Translations under genes and position numbers: made by a program | Notes under the pieces: generated by a model | What the model was told of the DNA's origin: nothing | Database searches by the model: none | Seen by the model: the letters and a program-made list of their open reading frames with translations, nothing else | DNA from: Eledone cirrhosa | Taxonomy: Eukaryota | Direction: 5' to 3' | NCBI GenBank assembly: GCA_964016885.1 | Contig: OZ024741.1 | Location: forward strand, 302,374,001-302,438,000 | DNA length: 64,000 bases | Part shown: in pieces, positions 25,329 through 38,441 of the stretch | How positions within the stretch are numbered: position 1 is the stretch's first letter | Layout: each line of letters opens with the position of its first letter

Positions 25329-28300
25329 GTAAGTAATTATGTAATTTTATTTCTCTATCAATTTACTTTTACTTCGATGTCATTATATGTTAAGCCTTCG
25401 TAATATTCACGTGGCGTGCCTTATATTTACTGTATTGTACTGACTTAGGGACTTTAATTGCAATCGATTGTAAACAACGTTGAATAAAAATAAGACTATA
25501 TCACGTTAATAAATAATAATTACTGGTTTAATCTTAAAATATTCGGTTCTTTGACAATTGTACCTTTCATGTTTTCTCATGTAGAGAGGAAATGTTTATA
25601 AGAAATGTGAAGTTAGAGACAATTTATTAAGTTTTTAAAAAGTTCGAATTAGCTATTGAGACTGGCGAAATCACAGGAAATTTCTATATTACACATATTG
25701 AAATTTATAACTCATATCTATGCAGATTTAGCTGGCCTATGAGATGGTATTTCATAAGAGGTTTTTTTTTTTTTGTTTAATGATAGGGGTCCCGGTTCTA
25801 ATCCCGGAATTGAACACTCTTTCACGTGTGTGTGTGTGTAATATATATATATATACGTTTAATCTTTTTATTAATGTTGAGATTTTCCTGTATATTTACG
25901 TCTTCACCTTAATAAAACTATATATATATATATATAGTCCACACTGTTAAGTTGTCTTGTAGGCGTCACAACAAAAAGCACCCAGTCCTCCCTGTAAATG
26001 AGGGTTGGCACTAGGAAGGGCATCCATCTGTAGAAATCAAGCCCAAATCAGCTCTGTATGAGCCAGACATGGTCCTCTGACCTGGCATTGCTCGTAACAG
26101 TATAACTCGTCTAACCCATGCCAGCGTGAAAAAATGGACGTTAAACGGTGATGATGATATATATATATACACATACATGCGGAGACTGCACTAATATGGA
26201 CATGTGATGTATACAAAGGGTGGCATTAGATAAAGAATGCTAAGCAATCCTAGTGGAGGGACCCTTCGAAAAAAGAAGGTAGTAAAAGCTGATCTTGTGT
26301 ATATTAGGTAAAATTGGTTACATAATTATTGTTATTGTGGTCAGCTTCCTTCTTTTGATTGCTATTCCTGAACCAGTAGGGAAGCCTCTATGCAGTTTTA
26401 TGACTAATGGATTTGTAGGTGTTGTTTGATCATAAGCATGTTGCTCCTATCATTTTTAAAGGTGTAGACGTTCATAATTTTCAGACAAAAATGACTAATG
26501 TTTGACAACAATTTTGGGAAATGCAGCTGCACCTTGCGCAGTATGCCACTTGTCCTGACACAAGACGTGTCTTGGATATTTTACAGCTAACGGAGCCCAT
26601 CAGTTTCCAGGCAGAACACAACCAATGTCTTCTAGGGAAATATATATATAGAAAAGGAGAATTGAGAGAGTATAGATGAAGAATAGACCTAGTATTGAAC
26701 TGGTACTTTGTTTATCAACTCTGGAAGGATGAATAGCAAAGTTGATCTCAGCAGGATTTGAACTCAGAGTGCAGTGATTTCACTCTATACAATTATACAA
26801 CCACAAGAATAGCAGTAAAATATCTTACTGTAAAATATTTTACTGCACTGTCTTGATATGGCAGGAACATCATCATCACTGTATAATGTCCATTTTCCAT
26901 GCTAACATATGTTAGATGAGCTGTCCAGTTGTGAGACAAGCCAGGTTGGATACCGTGACTTGCTTATACAGAACTGATTTGGGCTTGGTTTCTAGAGCTG
27001 GATGACCTTCCTAATGCCAACCACATTTACAGTGTGGACCGGGTGCTTTTTGTTAAGACACCTAAATGACCATTTTACAGTATTGGCTGGTTGCATGACT
27101 TGAATACCTTTGATCATAAATCTGACCTAGGGTCAGATTAACAAATGTGAAGTGGGAGATGCTGATATATTTGGAAATTATGAGAATCTCACAATCACAT
27201 TATTAGTTAATGTTTTTGATAGTGGACTGGCAGAATCATTAGAGCATTGGACAAAATGCTTTGCTGTTTTTAATTATGATTTGTCATGTCAAGGACATGA
27301 CAGCCTCCCTAGTGTTGGTGATCTACACAATAAACACACCCAGTGCACACTGTAAAATGGTTGGTGATAGGAAGGGCATTCAGTCATAGAAAGCTTGCCA
27401 AACAAAGGGCTGGTAGGTCCCTTCAGCCGTGTCAAGGACATGACAACCTCCCCTGTGCATGACTGTACATAAGCGAGATGACAGGTCCCTGGCTTGTCTG
27501 GAAGATCAGTAGCCACTGCTTTAGTACTGACTTGCTCCATGTAGATCTATCCAACTCTTGCTATTAGGGAAAGCGGACATTAAAATGATGATGTTCTGAG
27601 TTCATATCCCACTGAGGCTAACTTTACCTTTCATCATTTCTGGGTCAATAAAATGAAGTACTAGTCACATACTGGGGTTGATATAATCGACTTTGTTCTT
27701 CCTCTAAAAATTGTTGACCTTATGCTTCAATCAGAAATTATTATTAGTTAATGGTATTGATAACTTTTAAATCCTCTTCTCTTTTCATTTCCAGTGGCTC
27801 ACTGACAGAAAAAAACGTCAGTTACAGAAGAATGATCTTGGTATGTGTGTTCAACCTTTCAAATCTTTCTATTATGAAATTAACTCTTAACCACTTTTAA
27901 TAACTTACCATAAAATATCTAAAAATGTGCTTAATAACTGTTAACTCTAATGATTTAGAATAAAATATCTAAAAACGTTTTTGTTAACTCTTAACATTCT
28001 GTAATGATTTAGAGGAAAATATCTAGTCAATGCTTATAATATCTTTACTATTGGACAGAAAATTGTTGTGAAAATTTGCAATATTAGAGTGAAGTCTTTA
28101 ATGTTGTTTCATATTTTTTGAAGAATGTCTTGCTAATCTTGTACAGGATCTTAAGAGTTAATTCAAATATTTATTGTATTTTATCATCGTTTTTATTTCT
28201 GTTTTTCCACACATGCGTAGGTTTGACGGGTTCTCTTCAGCACAGTATCTCTCTACTCGTGATGTACCTTCATTATCTCCTTTGAGAGTTTCAGCAATTT

Positions 28301-31300
28301 GAGATCAGCTCTCACCACCTCTACCTTTTATGGATCCTTCATGTGATTGGAAAGGGTTTATATCACTGATGCTCTTCCCCTTGATTACCCCTGTGCATAT
28401 TTTACATAAAAGATGCACAGGGGTAATCTTGTTAGTCTACCTGATATCTCACTACATCTCTTGTGTATCCAAGATTAACATTGTGTACATTGTATAGATT
28501 TTATGCCTACTCCTTTTCTACATATTTAGCATGACTACCTCCCTGAAGGAATCAGGATCCTATCTTCTTTCCTACTTAATAGCACTTTAGTCTTTGCTAA
28601 GTTTACTCTCAGATTTGTTGGTTCCAAATTCTGTTTCCATAGTCAAAACTTATTCGCTAGTTCTTTTATGGATTCAGCTACAAGGAACAGATCATCCACA
28701 TAGAGAAGTTTCCTTAGACAGCCAGTCTTAACCTCCTCCGTTATGGCCTGGAGAACTATGGACAGCAGTGAGCTAAGAACCGAACCCTGAAGAACAGCTA
28801 CTTGTACCTTCAATTCATCACTAAACTCACTTCCTACTCTCACTTTACTGACAGTTTCTCTGTACATGACTTGCACTGCTCTCACAAGCCATTTTTCTAC
28901 ACCTAATTTCTTTAAGGATCACCAGACAATAGATCAAGGTACTCTGTCAAAGGCCTTTTCTAGATCAATAAAAGCTAAATATACCAGCTTATTCTTGGCT
29001 GGGAACTTCTCTTGTAGTTGCCTCACTAAAAAGAGGGCATCTGTGGTACTTTTCGCAGACATGAAACTGAACTGCATCTCATCTAATTTGACTCTTTCCT
29101 AATTAACTGTGCTTATAACTTTTTCCATCAATTTCATAACTTGGTCCATTAGTTTTATTTCTCTGTAGTTGCTACTTTCTAGAGCATCACCTTTACCCTT
29201 GTTGCAATTTATGATTGTACAGTTGCTCCAGTCGTTGGGTATGACACCATCCTGTATTACCTGATTGAATATGTGGGTTACTAGTTTGACTCCTACTTCT
29301 GATGCTTTTAGCATCTCGGTCCTACAGCTTCACCATTCTTCATCTCTTTGATTGCTTCTTTGACCATATAACTGTCAATTTGAAAAGCTGGTTCCTCTAT
29401 TGGCTAAGTTGGGTGTAGTCTCTCTTCCTCCCAACATTCTTTACATTCATAAGTCTCTCATAGTAACATTTCCAGGCCTCTTTCTTTTGGGCATCAGTGG
29501 TACTAAGAGCACCAGTGTCGTTTCTATCACACTTTTTCCCAACAACATCCTGATTCACACCGACACTGCTTTGCAATGCGGAACACTTCAAGTCTCTAAT
29601 CCTCATGTTGCAAGATATTGGCAAACTTTCTTTTTTCACCCTCTCTCTGAGCTATGTATACCTGTTGTCTAACTTCTCTTTTAGTTACTTGGTACTGATC
29701 TCTGCTACCCCCATTTTTCCAGTCTTTCTCTTAGCTTTAATGGCTCTATCCACTGTGCTGTTTCATCAACAGGTCACTCTCTGTTTAGTTGGCACTTTAC
29801 TCCAGCCACATGTCTCATCAGTAGTTCGTAAAAGGTTTTCACACACAAATTTCCAATTGTCCTCTGTGCTATATATATATAGCTCATCAAATGCATCCTG
29901 TAGGGCCTTTTTAAACCTTGTATATTTTTCAGGAAGGTCTTTAGCTTCCAAACCTTCCATCTCCATATTTTCCTGTGTACCTTATTCTGCTACTAGAAGC
30001 TTTTTAGACAATAGTTAAAAATGCGGTGCCCCAGCATGGCCTCAGCCGGATGGCTGAAACAGGTAAAAGAGTAATCGTTTTCTTTTGTAGATTATATATT
30101 AATTCCTTTCTTTATCTTGTTAGATGTACGCCAACGAATTGAGTTAATCCAGGATTTGGAAATGCCATCTCTGAGCTCAACTATCAGTATTACACCAGAT
30201 GGCAAACACATTTATGTCACAGGTTAGTAAACAATGGATTTTTTGCAGACAGACATGATACTGTGAGTGTATGGATGAAAGATCAAATAAGAAGTCGTGA
30301 TGATCATACATTTGCTAGGATATTAGTAACCTAAAGGTGATGAATTGGCAGAGTTGTTAGAATGTCAGATAGAACGATTTACACTATTTATTCTAATTTT
30401 CTGTGCTCTGAGTTAAAATCCTGCCAAGGTCAACTTTGCCTGTCATCCTTTTGAGGTGGTAAAAAAAAAAATATCATCCAGTACTGAAGTCAATTCTTCC
30501 TCTCTATCATTCTCTCTTCTCTCTCCTTCTCTGGAAGAAATTTGGCTATGTTCAAACTTGAAGAGGAATTGGCTCCATCAGGTTTAAAATGCCCAAGAAA
30601 CACTGTATGTCACTACAGCGACCTTACGACTCCTCCAGGAGTTATAGATCCATACATACATAGAAATGAAAATGAAACAGTTTCAATTAAAAGACAGGAA
30701 TTCATCACAGCATTTAGTCTCATCTCTTTATGCTGTAAGTCCAAATTTGACCTAGTTCAACTAAAACTTTCGTCTTTTTAAATTAAATTTTTTAAAGAAA
30801 AGGACCAGTAATATACTGAAACCATTTTGTGTGTGTAAAGAGACTTAGTGTTGCTGTAAAGATTATTTTGAATTATAATGCAAATTAATAAGAACATATG
30901 ATGATAATATGGCTAGCTGCTAGATTATTGCAATTTAAAATCTCTGACCCAGCCATATAAGATTAAGAAAAGATTAGCAAAGCTACAAGTGTTTTGATGT
31001 TTATTTGAATAACACACGTTTCTCTATAACACTAGATATTACATACTCTTGGGTCTTGAATAATCGTTGTCGTCCCTTTATTAATTTTTCAAATTTTTTC
31101 CAATCGCCCCACTTATTAAATTTTGCTAATCTCTGGCAAAATTTTATTTTAAGTGAAAATTAATTTTCTTTAAACATTAAAAGATATTATACATGACAAA
31201 AACAGTATATTATTAGAAATTCCATACATTATAAAATAAATAGGATGAGTTCGGGTCTAGATATGTAAACTAAATGACTAATTCTGGTTTTTAAAAAAAT

Positions 31301-34300
31301 CATCGGAGACAACCTATAAAAATTACTGATTTTCCAACCACCCCTCTGCTTATTATAACTCTGCCGCTGGACAGGTCAGTTGACCATGTCTTGCTTATAT
31401 GTTCTGTTTTTGACTTGGGTTTTCAACAACTGGATGCCTTTCTAAATACTAACTATTTTACAGCATGTACTGGGGGCTTTTTTCATGGCACCAGGACTAC
31501 CATCTGACATGGTGACCTTGGTGCAGTACCAATACAACCACCTTACAGGGTGGACTGGGTGTTTTTTGCCATGGCACCAGTACAACCACCTTACAAGGTG
31601 AACTGGATGCTTTTTGTCATGACACCAGTATGACTACTTTACAAGGTGAACTGGGTGTTTTTTTGCATGGCACCAGTATGACTACCTTATAAGGTGGATT
31701 GGGTGTTTTTTGTCGTGGCACCAAAACAGCCACTTATTTTTTTTTTTTTTTCATCCACTTAATGTAAAAAAACTGAAACCTAGCTAAAAAGAAAAAAAAT
31801 GCAATTTCTCGTGGTTCCTCTAATTATTTACATTTGTTCTTTGATTTCACTGGTCATCTTATTTGTGTTGCAGGATCTTATAAACCTCGCGTTCATTGCT
31901 ATGACCTTACAAATCTCTCCATGAAATTCGAACGAGGTCTAGACAGAGAAGTTCTGAAAACAAAAGTACTTTCTGAAGATTTTTCTAAGGTAATATGCCA
32001 AAATGTTTTAATTCTTCTTCTTCATCAAGCACCCAGTCCACCCAGTATGTTCATTGTGCTGATGCCACAATAAAAAGCACTCAATCCACCCTATAAGGTG
32101 GTCGTACAGGTGCCATAACAAAAGCACCCAGTCCACTGTGTAAGGTGGCAATACTGGTACCACAATAATCAGCATTCAGTCTACCCTGTAAGGTGGTTGT
32201 ACTGGTGTTACAACAAAAAACAGCTAGTCAACCCTAAAAGGTTATAGCATTGCTTCCATGAAAAAACCATCCAGTCCAACATGTCCAATGGTAGCGCTGG
32301 TACAGCAAAAAAAGCTCCCAATAAGCACTGTAAGGTGATTGGCATTAGGAAAGGCATCCAGCTGTAGAAACCAAGCCAAAACCAACACACTTCTCAATAT
32401 ATATCTTAACTAATTACCAACATGAGTGCTAATTATATGCAAATTAGTACGCCCATTTTAGAATATTACTAAGAGTGAATGGATATATATATACCCATCA
32501 AATTCTTTGTTATTGATTGGATGATATATACACCTTCTGATGAGATTCCAATTAGATCTGAAAATCGATTAAAGGTGTTTTGTATCTTGACAAAAAAGCA
32601 CCCAGTCCACGCTGTAAAGTGGTCGTGTAGGAGACATGGTGAAAAGGCTCCCAATTCACACTGTAAATGTAGTTGGTGTTAGGAAGGGCATCCTGCCATA
32701 GAAAACCTGCCAGATACAGTCCTATACGAGTGAGACATGGTCACTCGATCAATCTTGCCGCAAGTGGGACAATTCCCGTCTAACCCATGCTAGCATGGAA
32801 GATAGACGTTAAACAATGATGATGAGGGAAATTCATATTTTATGGCATGTTTACATACCTACATATTAGTTACGTGTATATTTTTATACACGTTAGTGCA
32901 ATCTTAGTTACACACTCTGTATTTATACAGATATAACTTTAATATACATATATATTTATATATTCTTATTTTCGCCCTTTTCCAGTTGGTGTTTCTTGAA
33001 GTCAACCGATATGTGGAGTTCCATAACCAAGCTGGTACTTACTACTGTACACGTGTTCCAAAATTTGGGTTTGATATGTCTTACCATGCCTCTCTCTGTG
33101 ATTTATTTATCGTTGGTGCAAGGTTAGTATGCTGCTGAACAATTTTCTAATTGTTTAGCATTTAGGAAAGTTTTCTATCATCAGTCATCTGAGAGATAAC
33201 TAGTATTAGTAATTTATTGTAAGTGAAAGTTCAGAGGATTCTTCAGTTGTATTAAAGACATGACAACCTCTCTAGTGTTGATGATCTACACAATAAATGC
33301 ACCCAGTATACACTGTAAAGTGGTTAATCATAAGAAAGGCATCTAGCCATAGAAAACCTGCAAAACAAAGGATTGGAAGATCTCTTCAGCTGTGTCAAAG
33401 ATTTGACAAGCTCCCTAGTGCTGGTGCCTTGATAAAATAAACTTGGTAGAATGCAGGATCATGTCAGATGCAGGCCCCCAGCCTGTCTGAGTACTTGGTT
33501 GAGTGCAGGAATGTAAGTAATGAGATACAGGCCTGTGGCCCATCTGTGAGGCCAATAGCTCTGATTGGGTGCTGGCTCTAGTTATTGTTTATATGCTTCA
33601 GCATGTACCCATGGGAGGTCGGGTACCCTGTATTACTGCGTGACGCCAGAAGTCACGGTCGTGTGTCATTGACTTTGAGAGGTGTAGTTGGGTAAGGTCG
33701 GCTTTTATCACCTCATCCCAAGTCATCTTGGGTCTCCCCACTCCGCGGTTTCCATCAACTTCTAGTGCTCTGCACCTTTTTATGCAGCTGTCATCCTTCA
33801 TACGCATCACATGTCCATACCAGCGTAACTGCCTCTCCTGCACGCAGCATTTGATTCCTCTTATGCTCAGTCTCTCTCTCAATTCATTTATGCTTTGTCG
33901 TTCACGTATATTACTGTTACACATCCATCGGAGCATGCAGGCTTCGTTTCTCTCTAATCTACGTAAGTCTTCCACCTTCAGCGCCCAGGTCTCACTACCA
34001 TGCAACATCGCTGTTCGGATACACGCATCATACAGTCTGCCTTTCATTCTGAGGGAGAAGCCTTTTGCAGCTAGCAGTGGTAGTAGTTCCCTAAACTTCT
34101 TCCATCCCGTTCTTACCCTAGTTATTGTACTTTCTGAGCACCCACCTCCGTTGCTAATTCGGTCACCTAGGTAGCAGAAGCTGTCTACTGTTTCTACAGG
34201 GCCCTCCCAGAGATTGGTGGTACTTGTTTCCTGTGGCTGTTTGCTTGCTGTTTCGGCACAGCTGCTGCATGTGAATCCTACATTCTTAATTAAGCTTCCT

Positions 34301-37300
34301 GAGATCCCGCTACATCTCTTGTGTACCCATTGTTTGCATTTGGGGCAAAGAATGGAGTTCCTACCTACACCTTTCCTACATACTGAGCAAGGCCATTTCC
34401 CTGAGGGGATCTGGGTTCTGTTTTCTCGTCTACTTATAAGGACCTTAGTCTTTGTCATGTTGACTTTGAGGCCCTTTCTCTCTAGTCCCTGAAATGGAGA
34501 AAATATTTAGGATGTTTTAATATTTTGATATTTAAAATGTTTTAAGTGTGTTATAGAGTATAGTTTTTGTTTCACAAATCCACTACATAATGACATTAGA
34601 AGGGGGAGGAAGAGGCAGAACGAGAAAAAGAAGGGATAGAGAGAGTGAGAAAAATAAGATTGAAACTGAAATGTATACATTATATGTGTATATAACATAC
34701 ATTTTGTATGTATATCACTAATTAGTAAAACTGCAGTGTATATATCACTAGCAGTGGTACCTGGCGTTGCACGGGATAAGGTATTTTGGAACGCGGCCCG
34801 CCAATAGACCTAATCGTGGAAAAACTGCATGCCTGGACAATATGTAAAGAAAATAACCGAATACTCTGATAGTTGGATAACCTTTAAGATTTTCCTCGAT
34901 GAAGAAGGAAAAATGGAGGTTTTCACCTAATGCGGGCCCTAGGGGATCAAGAAAATGAATTTTTTTTATAATAATAATAATAATGAAATTATTGTGTAAA
35001 GTGCTCAGGTGCACTACAACTCGTCAATATAGTACATAGAATAATACACAAATGCCAGGGAAGTACATGTTTGTATGTGTTAGCTGTAGTGTTGGCGGAT
35101 CTCGGGAAGCATGGAGGCCTTAAAGGATGCAGTGTCTCGACAACTAACAACTGATGCAGGTAGTTTGTTCCATGCTTCAGCAACTCTGAGCGTGAAAAAA
35201 TGTTTCCGAAAGTCATGGGAACTGTGCTGTTTTCTTACTTTGTGGGCATGTCCACGTGTGTTAGACACATGGAAATCGAAAAGGCACTCAGGGTTGTTGT
35301 TGGCAACATGGTTAACAATTTTGTGGGTGTTTACCAAGTCAGTTGCCAGGCGTCGGAGCTTCAATGAATCCATGCCCAGGGAAGCAAGGCGCTCAGAGTA
35401 TGGTAGATGCCTGATGGAGGGTATTCGCTTGGTTGCACGTCTCTGAACAGTTTCCAGGCGGTCAATGTCCTGAGCAAGATAGGGGTTCCAGACTGGTGAT
35501 GCAAATTCTAAGTGTGGTCGCACCATAGCCGTATACAGCCTTAAATAGATATCTGGAGAGCGGCTGACAAAGGTCTTGCTGAGTGATGCTAAGACACCCT
35601 CGGCCTTCTTGACAATTTTAGAGACGTGCCTCGTCCAACGCAAATCGCTGCTGACCGTAATATCCAGGTCACGTTCACAGGAAGACTTCTTGATATTAGT
35701 GCTGTGGAGGGAGTATGTGGACGCTGGGTTTTTACTCCCAAAATGCATGGTGGTGCACTTGTCCACAGCTAGCTTGAGTTGCCAGTTTGAGATCCACTGT
35801 TGCATTGTGTCCAGGTCAGACTGCAAGCAAGATCTATAGTGTTCAGGATCTGTCCTTTTTATCTCAAGGTACAGCTTGATGTCGTCTGCGTACTTTAGTA
35901 CTGTGGCATTCCTTAAGTTGGCATCTATGTCATTAATATATGCCACAAACAAAAGGGGGCCAAGAACAGATCCCTGAGGTACACCAGATGACATCTCATA
36001 TGGTGAGGAATGCTGTCCCAGAACCGTGACTACCTCTCCTCGACTGAGAATGAAGGACTTCAACCAGTTAAAAAGATCATCCTTCACACCCATTGCAGAG
36101 AGTTTTGCCATAAGCCTTTTGTGTGGCACAGAATTGAAGGCCTTCGCAAAGTCAAGGTAAACAACATCCACCCATGAGCCGCCATCAGTGATCCGGGTGA
36201 TGTCCTCAAGAAACTCTATAAGTTGATCACAGCAGCTGGAGTTGGGGATAAATCCAAATTGCGAGGGCCGGATAAGACTGTGAGAGCTCCAGAAGTTCCA
36301 AAGTGTTTGTGTGCATAATATGCCTTGAAATTTCGGGAAAATCGGCTAGACGTAACACCTCCAAAAAGACCTAAGAAGCTGAAAAAATGAAGTTTTTCAC
36401 CTAATGTGGGCCCTAGGCCATAAGAAAGTTGGATTTTCTTTGCTTACGGTATGAAGAAGAGACTGACAAATACATAGTTACAATTTCAAGGAAATCGGTC
36501 TGATGTAACGCCTCAAAAAACCCCTAAAAATGTTTAAAAACGCAGTTTTTCACCTAATGCGGGACCTGGGAGATAACACTCCCTGGAAACATAAGTAATA
36601 CACATGTAAAGTTTGAAAAAAATCGGTTGGGTACTTCTCGAGTTTTAGGGATTCAAACTCACAGAGACACACACACATCCTCAGGGAAGTGACGTAATGC
36701 AGACATACAGACAGATTTTATAAGGGCGCGACGTTATAAGTATGTCTCTATCTAAAAAGAGAAAGACTAAGAATTATAGAGCGAGATCGCCTAATGCATT
36801 AGGCGATCTCGCTCTATAATTCTTAGTCTAGGGCATTGAAAATTTGAAATTTTTTTTGTTCAGAACACTCCCTGAAACATAAGTATTACATGTGTAAAGT
36901 TTGAAAAGAGTCGGTTGGGTGCTTCTCTAGTTTTAGGGATTCAAACTCACACACACACACAGACAGACATCCTCGGTTTTATATATAGAGATATTGTAAG
37001 ACTGTGGGGTTTGATTTCTCTACTATTTCTAACAGTTGCACTGAGGCCCCATCCATCATGCTTAGACTACCATACTACACCCTCATAAGATAAATCATTG
37101 TATTTTAGAATGCAAAGTGTTGTCCTTGTTTAGGCCAATAACATGATATAAGTGGAGCAGTAGATTGATAGATTATACCTAATCATTCACTTGACTAACT
37201 ACTTGATATGTGTTTAGTTGATCAGGGTTGACTTGGGGATAAACAACACTTGCAATGTCCTGTGATTTTTTCCTTAGATATTCTAGCCACATGTCCATAG

Positions 37301-38389
37301 TACTGGAGATGTGATCTCTCAATGTGAAGAAACAGTGGCTTGCCAAGGTCGTATTTGTCTTTCTTCTTTTCAGGGTTAATAAAATTAAGTATTAGTGAAA
37401 TACTAGGGTCAATATGATCGACTTTCCATACCCACTCAATTGTTGACTTTGTACCAAAATTAGAAACTATTAAATTACCTAAATGAATTAAAAAAATTAT
37501 TTCTCTCTTTTCCAGTTCCCAGATATATCGATTAAATCTTGAATTGGGCAGATTTATGTTACCATTTCAAACAAATTCAGTGTAAGTTTAAAATACATTT
37601 TTTTTAAATTTAATTTTCTTTATCAAGTATTTTGTATGTAGATGCAGCATGTGGCTTAGTGGTTATGGCATTCTACTTGTGATTTTAAAGTTGAGAGTTC
37701 AATTCCCAGACTGGGCAGCATGTTCTGTCCTTCAGCAAGACACTTTATTTCACATTGCTCCAATCCACCCAGCTGGCAAAAATGAACTGTACCTGTAATT
37801 CAAGGGTCTGGCTATGTCACATATTGTGTCTTGCTAAATCTCCTTGAGAACTACATTAAGGTTGCATAAGTCTGTGGAATGATCATCCACTTACACGTTA
37901 ATTTCATGAGCAGTCAGTTCTGTTGATTGAATCAACTAAGGTATTTGTTGGAAATAATGGCTGTCCAAGAGCAACAACAGATGCAGAAAACTGCTTATCT
38001 GAGCCATGCTTGCCCTCACATCTTGAAAGATGTTAACTTTATTTTTTATCCTATTCAAATGTAGATTTATCTCTCATCAGTTTAACCTTTTTGTGACCAT
38101 ATTTTTAATAAAAATACAGGACTTGTGTTTTTCTTTCATTTTCAAAAGATTTGGAAGAGGTTTAGCAAAATATCTTAATTCTCAATTATTAAGCTGTTTT
38201 TCAAATGTAACTTAAAAGGTTTTTCCATAAAATTATAATAGAAAGTTTTAATTTAAATATGAACATCTTATAAGTGACAGATTTGTATTGTGGAAACAGG
38301 CCTGGTTTCAGATGGCTTCATATAGAAAAGGTTAATGCTTTAAAAACAGAGCTGGTCTCTAAATTTCCTTCAGAGCTCAGAAGATATTA

Positions 38390-38441
<52 letters not shown>

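Noticed and set aside
26812-26846. AT-rich hairpin
   Set aside because: Short duplication of a small palindrome at a SINE edge; low complexity
31485-31725. CRISPR-like 44-bp periodic repeat
   Set aside because: Contiguous tandem units homologous to the RTE/SINE 3' region, with no spacers
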